From Brockia lithotrophica (lineage in GTDB: Bacteria > Bacillota > Bacilli > Thermicanales > DSM-22653): 64,000 bases of DNA. The translations under genes were made by a program, and so were the position numbers. Numbering within the stretch: the stretch's first letter is position 1; each line of letters begins with the position of its first letter. Under the pieces are notes generated by a model, which was given only the letters and a program-made list of their open reading frames with translations, did not search any database and was not told the DNA's origin. This document shows, piece by piece, positions 31,714 through 39,459 of the stretch. Location of the stretch: NCBI GenBank assembly GCA_003050565.1, contig PEBW01000003.1:87347-151346 (forward strand). Reading direction: 5' to 3'.

Positions 31714-32025
31714 TCACCGCTCGATGGCCGTGATCATGAGGCGCGTAAACGGCTGGCGGTGGCCCTGCTTCTTGCGGTAGTTCTTCTTGGGCTTGTACTT
31801 GAAGACGATGATCTTCTTCCCCCGGCCGTGCTTCACAATTTGGGCGCGCACCCGCGCCCCCGGTACGTACGGCGTGCCCACGACCACGCCCGAATCGTCC
31901 GCAACGAGGAGAACGCGGTCGAGGACGACTTCCGCGCCTTCCTCGCCCGAGAGCTTTTCTACGTCGATCCACTTCCCGGGTTCCACGCGCACCTGCTTGC
32001 CACCGGTTTCCACGATCGCGTACAC
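31714..32025 (-). CDS. rplU: 50S ribosomal protein L21
   Basis: [17 protein letters not shown] start and [24 protein letters not shown] 32025 follows a G-rich SD. Confidence 0.95.
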   Translation of the reverse strand: MYAIVETGGKQVRVEPGKWIDVEKLSGEEGAEVVLDRVLLVADDSGVVVGTPYVPGARVRAQIVKHGRGKKIIVFKYKPKKNYRKKQGHRQPFTRLMITAIER

Positions 32026-32187
32026 GGAAATACCCCCCCACACGGGACTCGCCGCCGCGAGGTGGGACGTTCCGAACCCTCGCCCGTGCCGAGCGAAAGA
32101 AAACGCGAGCCCAGAAGCTCGAGTCCGGCTGTCCGCTTATCCCGTCGGCGCACCTGTGCGGAGACCTGCGGCGAGCGGTATTCGACT
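32026..32187 (-). promoter_or_regulatory. ~160-nt 5' untranslated leader of rplU-prp-rpmA (possible L21 leader)
   Basis: This is the distance between the predicted promoter at 32194-32222 and the rplU start. Ribosomal L21 leaders are known in Firmicutes. Structure not verified here. Confidence 0.4.
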
Positions 32188-32193
32188 CAAATC

Positions 32194-32222
32194 ATTATAC
32201 CCGGGTTTTCGCATAAGGGCAA
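32194..32222 (-). promoter_or_regulatory. sigma-A promoter of the rplU operon
   Basis: Minus strand reads TTGCCC (32222-32217), 17 nt, TATAAT (32199-32194). Confidence 0.7.
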
Positions 32223-32241
32223 GGAGGTTTTTGCGGGCCTT

Positions 32242-33720
32242 TCAGGTCTTCTCGTCTTTCGCCGACAACACGTCCGCAGGGATCCGTAGGGCGATCCACA
32301 GCATGGCGAGGGAGAGGAAGAACATGAGGGCGTACACGCCGTGCATGCCAAAGGAAAACGCCTCGGCCAGAAGAGGGGGGACGGCTTCCGCTTCGCCCAC
32401 CCCCCGACCTCCCCACGCGGAAAACGACTCGGGCGGGAGCCCTTCGCGGCGAAGATCCCAGGCCGCAAGGCGGTTTACGAGAATGCCGAAGGCGGCGGCG
32501 CCGACGGCGCTCCCGAGGAGGCGCACGAACATGTTGAAGGCGGTAGCCGTCCCCCGCCGTTCCCATGGAACGCGTGCCTGTAAGGCGACGAGGTACGCCG
32601 TGTTCGTCGTCCCCAGGCCGATTCCCACCACGGCGGAGGCGAGATAAAAGAGCGCGAGGGGGTCGCCGGGCCGGAGGTAAAAAAAGCCCGCGCTCCCCAA
32701 GAGAAACGCTCCTGCTCCCCATAGGGCCGTCGTGCGCACCCCCGCACGGTACAGGAGGAACCCCGTGGCGAGGGAGGCGGCGGTCCAGCCGAGCGACTGC
32801 ATCGTGAGGGCAAAACCGGAGGCGACCGTTCCGGCGCCGAGGGAAAGGCGAACGTAGGTGGGGAGGAACGCCGATTGTCCGATGAGGATTCCCCCGAGAA
32901 AGAACGTCCCGAGGTTTGCCCGGAGAAAAAACGGGTCCGTCCAAAATTCGCGGGGAACAAAGGGAGCCGTGCTCGTGCGCTCGATCCGCGTCCAGGCAAA
33001 CAAGAGCAAAATCCCTACGACGGCAAGGACGAAGGGAAACAAGAGCTCGCTCCACGACGACCGGGTGTGCACGGCGAGGAGTTCCAAGGCGCCTACCAGG
33101 GCGCTCACGGCAAGGGTGAAGACGAGGACGCTCCTTGCGTCGAGGGGTTCCCCTCTTCGGACGCGGCTTCCGGGGTCGCGGAGAAACGCGCCTACGAGGG
33201 CGACGGACAAAAGCCCCGCGGGGACGTTGATCCAGAATACCCACGGCCACCCTATCCGAAGCAAGTAGGCTCCGAGGAGCGGCCCGACGAGGGCGGAGAT
33301 CGCCCACACGCTCGAGGTGAGGGCCTGGGCGCGGGCCCGGGCCTCCCCCTCGTAAAGATCGCCAACGATCGTCGTGGCCAAAGGAAGCACGGCTCCGGCC
33401 CCAAACCCTTGGAGGGCGCGGAAGCTCACGAGCGCCGGCATGTTCGGGGCGAGCCCGCTGGCGAAGGATCCGAGGACGAAGAGAAGGGTTCCGGAAACAA
33501 ACGCGGTTCGCCTCCCCAGACGGTCCGCCAACCTACCGAAGACCGGCGTCGTCACCGCGGAGGTGAGCATGTACACGGAAAACACGGCGCCGAGGTACTC
33601 GAGACCCCCGAGGTCGGTGGCGATGGCCGGCATCGCCGTGCTCACGATCGTCGCTTCGACGGCGGCGAGGAACACCCCGAGAAGCGCCCCTGCGAGAACT
33701 CCCGCACGCTGGATGCCCAT
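32242..33720 (-). CDS. MFS transporter, DHA2 (EmrB/QacA-like, 14-TMS) family
   Basis: LAAVEATIVSTAMPAIATDLGG, FGRLADRLGRR (motif A) and ~14 hydrophobic segments. Start taken at MGIQRAG (33720); ATG 33765 is also possible. Confidence 0.88.
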   Translation of the reverse strand: MGIQRAGVLAGALLGVFLAAVEATIVSTAMPAIATDLGGLEYLGAVFSVYMLTSAVTTPVFGRLADRLGRRTAFVSGTLLFVLGSFASGLAPNMPALVSFRALQGFGAGAVLPLATTIVGDLYEGEARARAQALTSSVWAISALVGPLLGAYLLRIGWPWVFWINVPAGLLSVALVGAFLRDPGSRVRRGEPLDARSVLVFTLAVSALVGALELLAVHTRSSWSELLFPFVLAVVGILLLFAWTRIERTSTAPFVPREFWTDPFFLRANLGTFFLGGILIGQSAFLPTYVRLSLGAGTVASGFALTMQSLGWTAASLATGFLLYRAGVRTTALWGAGAFLLGSAGFFYLRPGDPLALFYLASAVVGIGLGTTNTAYLVALQARVPWERRGTATAFNMFVRLLGSAVGAAAFGILVNRLAAWDLRREGLPPESFSAWGGRGVGEAEAVPPLLAEAFSFGMHGVYALMFFLSLAMLWIALRIPADVLSAKDEKT

Positions 33721-33856
33721 GCTCCGAATCTCCCTCCCGTGCCGGAACGCTGCTCCTCTTCCCACGCGCGACGCGTCCGTCTCCCGGATCGACGCGAACC
33801 GCTTCGTGAATCGGGTGAAGAGGTGATCCGTCCCCTTCGGCGGACCCGTGCCTTAC

Positions 33857-34726
33857 TCATTCGCAAGCAATGCCGTCCTTATCCTGATCCAGCCGATGCA
33901 CATCCGTACTCACGACCCGGAACCCCTTGGCGGAGATGTCGCCGCAGTCTACATCCGGCGGGTAGGGCGGGACGCACGCGCCCGAGTAGTTGGGGTCGCA
34001 CTTCTGTCCACTACTGCCGCTAGACGAGCCCCCCGCGTTTTGGGAGCTGGATCCGCTGGTCGTGTCGTCGAGCGACCAGAGGCCGCGGTTCGCTTCCCGC
34101 GCCTCGCGCTGGAACTGGATGAAATAGTCCACGTACTTTACGTCCGGGGGATAGGTGGCCACCTGTGCGTAGCCGGCGAGGACCAGGATGGCGTTGAAAA
34201 GGTGGGTGCGGATGTCCTTGTCGGTGGGCTCCGCTGGCGGCTTGGTCAGCCAGACGTAGCGGAGCGCCCGGCCGTATCTATCCGTTTCGGAAACGTCCTT
34301 CTCGAGCCAGACGGTCTTACCCTCGAGCTGCCTCTCCGTGTACGCCGAGGCTTCCTTTCCGAAAGGCTCGACCCTCGTCGTGCTCTCCGGAGTGTTAATG
34401 CCGATCAGCCGCACACGGGTGGCAGGCAGCTGGGCACCGGCAACGTAGGCGACTTCGATCGTGTCACCGTCGATAACCCGAACGACCTTGGCTTCGGTCA
34501 CGCTGGCGGGCAGCGCAGGTTCCGCCGACCTCTCCTCGTCCTTGGGCTGTTCGGCTGGTGGCTGCGGGTTCGCCTGCTGACCGGTCTGTTGCTGCGGCTG
34601 GGTCTGCTGCTGGCCGCTCGTAATGGGGTTCGACGTGGCCGTCGGCGACACGGAACCACAGGCGGCCGTGACCACCACGACGAAAACCAGCAGGAGAGCC
34701 CAAACAACGCGGCGGGTGCACCTCAC
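33857..34726 (-). CDS. secreted thermonuclease-family (SNase) lipoprotein with C-terminal Excalibur calcium-binding domain
   Basis: Lipobox VVTAAC, Gln/Pro-rich linker, RVIDGDTIEV...RLIGINTPES...FGKEA...RYGRALRYVW nuclease core, then DCGD...DQDKDGIACE Excalibur motif. Confidence 0.88.
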   Translation of the reverse strand: MRCTRRVVWALLLVFVVVVTAACGSVSPTATSNPITSGQQQTQPQQQTGQQANPQPPAEQPKDEERSAEPALPASVTEAKVVRVIDGDTIEVAYVAGAQLPATRVRLIGINTPESTTRVEPFGKEASAYTERQLEGKTVWLEKDVSETDRYGRALRYVWLTKPPAEPTDKDIRTHLFNAILVLAGYAQVATYPPDVKYVDYFIQFQREAREANRGLWSLDDTTSGSSSQNAGGSSSGSSGQKCDPNYSGACVPPYPPDVDCGDISAKGFRVVSTDVHRLDQDKDGIACE

Positions 34727-34912
34727 GTCTCGGATGCCTCCCTGACTTTATCCACGCATTCGCGGCAGCACAGTAGCCGCAACCCCTCGGCAATCGACTC
34801 TGCATTCCCGCTTCCACACCGAGGATTCGTAGCTCGCGGGACGGGAAGATCTCCGGCGGGGAGGCGGGACCCCCATATAGGGGGGGTCACGCTCGGTTCT
34901 TCGGATTCCAGG

Positions 34913-34947
34913 AAACACGCGGGAGCCTGCGCGGCTCCCGCGTGTTT
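34913..34947 (-). terminator. rho-independent terminator after the NuoM-like gene
   Basis: 15-bp perfect stem AAACACGCGGGAGCC / GGCTCCCGCGTGTTT with a 5-nt loop. On the minus strand it is followed by TTTCC. Confidence 0.8.
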
Positions 34948-35021
34948 GCGGAGAGAAGCTCTTTGTCCACAGGAATAAACGGAAAGACGGGCTCGCTCGG
35001 TGCGCAACCTCCGCGGCGCCG

Positions 35022-36542
35022 TCAGGGAATAAGCGCCACCGGAGGCGAGATAGGCGCGAGCCCTTGGGCGATGACGACGCTCAGGGACGCGGGGTAGACG
35101 CCCAAAAAGACGATGAGCCCTACGAGGACCAAGGCCGGAACCCATTCCGCAAACCGAAGGTCGGACAGAGGCCGGCGTTCCGTCTCCGGAGCGAGGGGGC
35201 CGTACGTCGACCGCGTGACCGCGCGAAGCCAGTAGGCCGCCGTCAGCACGAGACCGAGGAGGGCGACCCACGCGTACGTGCGCAAGGCGCTCGTGAATAG
35301 GCCGAGATACACCTGAAACTCGCTCGCGAAACCGGCCGTGAGGGGAAGTCCGAGGGAAGCCATCGCCGCCACGAGGAGGACGCCGCTCAGGTAGGGAAGT
35401 TTCTTCCCGATCCCGCCCAATGCGGAAAACTCCGTCGTCCCGAAGCGTTCCGTAATCGCGCCGGCGAGGAAGAAGAGGAGCGCGGCGATGAGGCCGTGGG
35501 AAATCATCTGAAACACGGCGCCCTGAAACCCCACGGTGTTGAAGGCGGCGATCCCCAAGAGCACGAGTCCCATGTGGCTCAAACTCGAGTAGACGATGAC
35601 CATCTTGAGGGACTTTTGCACGAGCGCGGCGAAGGCGCCGTACAGGAGATTTACGAGGCCCATCACGGCAAGGATTGGCGCCGCACGATAGGCCACTTCG
35701 GGAAAGAACCCCACGGCAAAGCGGAGTATCCCGTAGGCGCCGAGCTTGAGGAGGACGCCGGAGAGGATCATCGACATGGCCGGAGGAGCTTCCGTGTGCG
35801 CCCGGAGCATCCACGTGTGGAAGGGAAACATCGGGAGCTTTACGGCGAAACCGAGGAAGAGGAGGGCGAAGATGAGCGCCTGCGTGCCCGGAGAGAGGGA
35901 GGCTTCGCCGAGCCGCTTTACGATCTCGGGAACGTCGAACGAGAGTACGGCGTTGAAGATCCAGACGAAGGCGAGGAGCATGAGGAGCGAACCGAGGCCG
36001 TTGTAGATCAGGAACTGGTAGGCCGCTTCTTCCCGCCGTTCCGAACCCCATATGCCGATGAGGAAGAACGAAGCGACGAGGACGACCTCAAAGAAGACGA
36101 AGAAGAGGAGTGTGCTCGTCGTCGCGAAGGCGCCAAGCGTCCCCGCCTGGAGGAGGAGGAAGAAGAGAAAGTACTCCTTCACGCGCTTCGTGTACCCCAT
36201 GGATGCTACGGCGGCGAGAAATCCCACGGTCGCGGCCAAAAGGACGAGGGGAAGGCTGAGGCCGTCCACACCCATCCCGTAGGTAATAGGAACCTCCTGC
36301 CACGTCTCGGGAACGCCCCGCGCGTTCGGGTACGCGAGGGTAAACCAGGTCGCCCGCTCGACGAACTGAAACCCCTCCTGCTCGGGCCGGAACCCCGCGT
36401 ACAGGTAGCCCGCAAGGACGGCCGGCACGGCGGCAAAACCGATCCCCACGGCCTTGATGATGCGCGTCTGAGATGCGGGGAGGACGAGGAGTACGAGAAT
36501 CCCCACGAGCGGTGCGAGCACGAGCCACGAAAGCGGTCCCAT
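35022..36542 (-). CDS. NADH-quinone oxidoreductase subunit M-like proton-translocating (antiporter-like) membrane protein, orphan
   Basis: GMGVDGLSLPLVLL, LFFVFFEVVLVASFFLIGIWG, AAYQFLIYNGLGSLLMLLA and HTWMLRAHTEAP match the NuoM/ND4 family. No other nuo or mrp genes nearby. Confidence 0.9.
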   Translation of the reverse strand: MGPLSWLVLAPLVGILVLLVLPASQTRIIKAVGIGFAAVPAVLAGYLYAGFRPEQEGFQFVERATWFTLAYPNARGVPETWQEVPITYGMGVDGLSLPLVLLAATVGFLAAVASMGYTKRVKEYFLFFLLLQAGTLGAFATTSTLLFFVFFEVVLVASFFLIGIWGSERREEAAYQFLIYNGLGSLLMLLAFVWIFNAVLSFDVPEIVKRLGEASLSPGTQALIFALLFLGFAVKLPMFPFHTWMLRAHTEAPPAMSMILSGVLLKLGAYGILRFAVGFFPEVAYRAAPILAVMGLVNLLYGAFAALVQKSLKMVIVYSSLSHMGLVLLGIAAFNTVGFQGAVFQMISHGLIAALLFFLAGAITERFGTTEFSALGGIGKKLPYLSGVLLVAAMASLGLPLTAGFASEFQVYLGLFTSALRTYAWVALLGLVLTAAYWLRAVTRSTYGPLAPETERRPLSDLRFAEWVPALVLVGLIVFLGVYPASLSVVIAQGLAPISPPVALIP

Positions 36543-36579
36543 CGCTACCTAAACCCTCCCCGTTGCGAAAAGCGCGATT

Positions 36580-36598
36580 TCACTGTGTCTCACTGTGT
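36580..36598. repeat. tandem 9-bp direct repeat TCACTGTGT x2 with 10-bp phasing
   Basis: Copies at 36580-36588 and 36590-36598. Each contains the palindrome CACAGTG. They lie between the predicted -10 and the SD of the NuoM-like gene. Confidence 0.6.
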
Positions 36599-36601
36599 AC
36601 C

Positions 36602-36631
36602 ATTATAGCGGAGGACGCCGCTGGGACACAA
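36602..36631 (-). promoter_or_regulatory. candidate sigma-A promoter of the NuoM-like gene
   Basis: Minus strand reads TTGTGT (36631-36626), 18 nt, TATAAT (36607-36602). Confidence 0.55.
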
Positions 36632-36638
36632 GGACACA

Positions 36639-36652
36639 GGTCCTCGAGGACC
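36639..36652. repeat. perfect 14-bp palindrome GGTCCTCGAGGACC
   Basis: Read directly. It sits just upstream of the -35 of the NuoM-like promoter and is preceded by GGACACA x2 (36624-36630, 36632-36638). Confidence 0.6.
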
Positions 36653-36711
36653 GCAGGAATGCCCGACACGCGATACGCATAAACGTGGACTTGACCGGAT
36701 TTTATCCCCCG

Positions 36712-36740
36712 TTGCATCGTACGAAATTTACCTGTACACT
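36712..36740 (+). promoter_or_regulatory. candidate sigma-A promoter of the 36880 membrane-protein gene
   Basis: TTGCAT (36712-36717), 17 nt, TACACT (36735-36740). Confidence 0.45.
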
Positions 36741-36879
36741 GAGAAGCAGGGATCTCTTTCAAAAAGTTCCCTTTTTACGTCGGCAAGCGTTTTGAACCCG
36801 TCGTCTCCGAACCCCGCACTACCGAGATCCGCCTCGCCGACGGCGACCCAAAAAACGTGTGACACAAGGAGGTATCTCC

Positions 36880-37515
36880 ATGAACGACGGGACGCGCCTG
36901 TCCCAATCCGGGCTCTACGGCATGCTCGCCGGAATCCTATGGATTCTCAACTCCTTTCTCTTCCTCTTGCCTGCCGAAGTTCAAGGCATCGCCTCCCCCA
37001 TCGTCCAACTCCTGGCCCTCGTGTTCTTGTACCTCGCCTTTTCCGGGATCGGGAATGCGCTCGGCTCGTCGGAAATTTCTTCCGGCGGGCGAACGGCCGT
37101 GATCCTCCTCGCAATCGGCGTCGTTTTGTCACTGGCGGTATCCTTGTGGAAGGCAGGAGAGCTCGCAGGTGCACAGCAAGCCCTGCAAGATCTTCTCCAA
37201 AATATGCAAGACGACACGGCCACGGAAGCTGAGTTTGAAGAGCTTATAAACCGCATCGTCACTATCGGACAGATCGGCCTCCTCACGTTCCTTCCCTCTT
37301 GGCTCTTCTCGCTGGTGGCGGCCTTCCCGCTCCGACGGGCGTACCTGCAGACCGCCGAAGCCACGGAAATCCCCCAATTCCGCACTGCGGGGAATCTCTT
37401 CCTCTGGGGAATCGTCCTCACCCCCCTCCTCGTCGGGGGAATCCTCGTCTTGATCTACTACATCTTCGTGATCGTCGCCTTTTCCAAACTCCGCGCCGCC
37501 GCACAGGAAACGTGA
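36880..37515 (+). CDS. hypothetical integral membrane protein (4-5 TM with a central acidic amphipathic loop)
   Basis: ATG 36880 lies 7 nt after AAGGAGG. Hydrophobic segments flank QALQDLLQNMQDDTATEAEFEELINRI. G+C is visibly lower than in neighbouring genes. No motif recognised. Confidence 0.7.
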   Translation: MNDGTRLSQSGLYGMLAGILWILNSFLFLLPAEVQGIASPIVQLLALVFLYLAFSGIGNALGSSEISSGGRTAVILLAIGVVLSLAVSLWKAGELAGAQQALQDLLQNMQDDTATEAEFEELINRIVTIGQIGLLTFLPSWLFSLVAAFPLRRAYLQTAEATEIPQFRTAGNLFLWGIVLTPLLVGGILVLIYYIFVIVAFSKLRAAAQET

Positions 37516-37555
37516 CGGCGTAGCGCCGCACCCTCCCCGGGCGAAAAACCGGCAG

Positions 37556-37586
37556 AAAGCCCTCCCCGACATGCGGGGAGGGCTTT
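37556..37586. terminator. bidirectional terminator hairpin between convergent genes
   Basis: 12-bp stem AAAGCCCTCCCC / GGGGAGGGCTTT with a 7-nt loop. A/T runs are part of the stem ends on both strands. Confidence 0.8.
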
Positions 37587-37656
37587 CGTGCACGGAGGGA
37601 AATCCTCCGAGGGAAGCAAGGCCATACAAGGAACGCCGACCCCCTGCCGGGGAGAC

Positions 37657-39222
37657 TCAGTCGCCGAGAAAACCCTTGAGCACGACGATCGGCGTCGCCT
37701 GATCGGCGCTTCCCGCGATGAGGTCGGCGATCGTGGCGGCGATGGCGACGATGCGCCGCGGGGTCGTCCCCACCTCGCGCTCGTCCGCTTCGCTCGCCCG
37801 CAAGATCTCTTCGATTTCCTCGCGCGAATGGCCTTTCCGCGACAGGGTATCGACGGCGAGCTTGAGCTTCTTGCCCGTTCGCAGGCGCCCGTTTTTGAGC
37901 CCGGACGTCGCTCCGATCGCGGGGTAAGGATCGGCGAGTTCGTAGATCCCCGTATCCGGATCCTTGTACGCCCCGTCGCCGAAGATCACGACTTCCACGT
38001 CCACGCCGCTTGCCTCGCGCACGCGGGCGCGGATTGCCTCAGCCGTTGCGTCGGCGTTTTCCGGGAGGAGCTTGAGAAGACACCCTTCGTAATCCGAGAC
38101 GTTTGAGCCGATGACCCCCCACGGCGGGGGGCCGAGCTCGTCCAGGGTGCGTACGGGGACCTGCGCGCCGAAGGCCTGGAACATCTCGCGGCGCATCTGC
38201 CGCGTGTGGACCTCGCCGATGACCACGCCGTCCAAATACCCGAGTTCGTATACCTTAAAGGGGTTGTTGGTAAAGATCACGTCCCCCTGCGCGCCACCGG
38301 CGGCGATCGTCTCCAGGTAGAGGCTCCGGTAGTCGACGCCCGTGATCGGATGGCGGAAGAACCCTCCGGGGAGTTCGTCGGCGTAGATCACGCTGTCGTC
38401 CCGGAAGACGTCGAGGAGCCGGGCAAAAGACGTGCGTACGAGGGGCTCGCCCGTACCCGCGAGAAACTCCACGGCGTCGTAGAGGACGAACGTACCGCGG
38501 CCGAAATCCACGCCCGCGGCGAGGGCGCGGCGCGCCTCGGGAATGTCTCCCATGAGCCCTACCGCCTGCTTGGCGGCCTTTGTGAGGTCGGTAAAGGTCA
38601 CCTCTACAGGGGCGAGGACGCCGTCGGGGGTGCGCACGGTGATGTCGGCAATCCCCGTTCCGAAGATCTTGCGCATCCCCACGATCGTGTATCCCAGGGA
38701 TTGAAGGAGGAGGGCGGCGATCACCTCGCGGATGAGCAGGTTCAAATGCGGCGTGGAGCCGCGGGCGTCGGCGAAGTGGCGGTAAACGCCTTTGAGGCTC
38801 AGGCGAACGCGGGCGAACTCGGCGTCGATCACCTGATTGCCGACCTCGTCTGCGGGGATGGGAAAGGCCACGATCACCCGCCCGCCGCGTGTCGCTTGGG
38901 CGATCGCCCGCAGCACGAGGGCAAACCGGTTGCGGCTTGCGATGGGGTAAAGCACCGCGAGGGTCGCCCCGGGGGAGAGAGCGAACTTGCGGATGATGTC
39001 CTCGGCGAGCTCGTCGCAGGTGAGGTAGCGGTTTTGCGACCGTGCGACGACGGCCTCCGTGACACAGAGGATGTCCCCGTCCTGGACGAGGCCGCGGGTC
39101 GCCTCCGCGGTGATCTCGGCGATGTCGTCGTTCGGCAAGATGAGCCCGACCTTGACGGCGAGGGCCTGGACGGTGACCCCGTGGGCGGCGACTTCCGAAG
39201 CACGACGCGACTCCGTAGACAT
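37657..39222 (-). CDS. CofE-superfamily (F420-0:gamma-glutamyl ligase-like, PF01996-type) protein, about twice the normal length
   Basis: DGDILCVTEAVVARSQNR near the N-terminus and IAATIADLIAGSADQATPIVVLKG at the C-terminus match the CofE termini. The ITDTxGR core is replaced by VIFGDGAYKD, and ~250 extra residues lie in between. ATG at 39222. Confidence 0.75.
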   Translation of the reverse strand: MSTESRRASEVAAHGVTVQALAVKVGLILPNDDIAEITAEATRGLVQDGDILCVTEAVVARSQNRYLTCDELAEDIIRKFALSPGATLAVLYPIASRNRFALVLRAIAQATRGGRVIVAFPIPADEVGNQVIDAEFARVRLSLKGVYRHFADARGSTPHLNLLIREVIAALLLQSLGYTIVGMRKIFGTGIADITVRTPDGVLAPVEVTFTDLTKAAKQAVGLMGDIPEARRALAAGVDFGRGTFVLYDAVEFLAGTGEPLVRTSFARLLDVFRDDSVIYADELPGGFFRHPITGVDYRSLYLETIAAGGAQGDVIFTNNPFKVYELGYLDGVVIGEVHTRQMRREMFQAFGAQVPVRTLDELGPPPWGVIGSNVSDYEGCLLKLLPENADATAEAIRARVREASGVDVEVVIFGDGAYKDPDTGIYELADPYPAIGATSGLKNGRLRTGKKLKLAVDTLSRKGHSREEIEEILRASEADEREVGTTPRRIVAIAATIADLIAGSADQATPIVVLKGFLGD

Positions 39223-39345
39223 GGCAGTCTCAAGCCCCCTTCCCCACCGCCCCCGACATGCTGGCATGCGGGGAGCGGCGTTGCCGACTCGGGAAACCTC
39301 CCCGAAGTGTCCGCCGCAACGCGGGCGACGAACGGGCAAATTCGG

Positions 39346-39377
39346 GAACATTGACCGCGTTTTCTCGATCAATGTTC
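39346..39377. repeat. 9-bp inverted repeat GAACATTGA-N14-TCAATGTTC
   Basis: Read directly in the AT-richer spacer between spoIVFB (stop 39460) and the CofE-like gene (start 39222). Confidence 0.5.
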
Positions 39378-39459
39378 GTGTTTGGCCCTTTACACTCTAC
39401 ACCATGGCCGACGCCTCGGCAAGAGGAAGCGAAGGGAAAGGGTGGCGAGAGCGTCAAAG

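Noticed and set aside
34727-36879. DabA (DUF2309) partner or other complex-I/Mrp genes next to the NuoM-like gene
   Set aside because: None is present. The flanks are non-coding control and terminator regions, so a DAB-type CO2 pump or an Mrp antiporter operon cannot be claimed.
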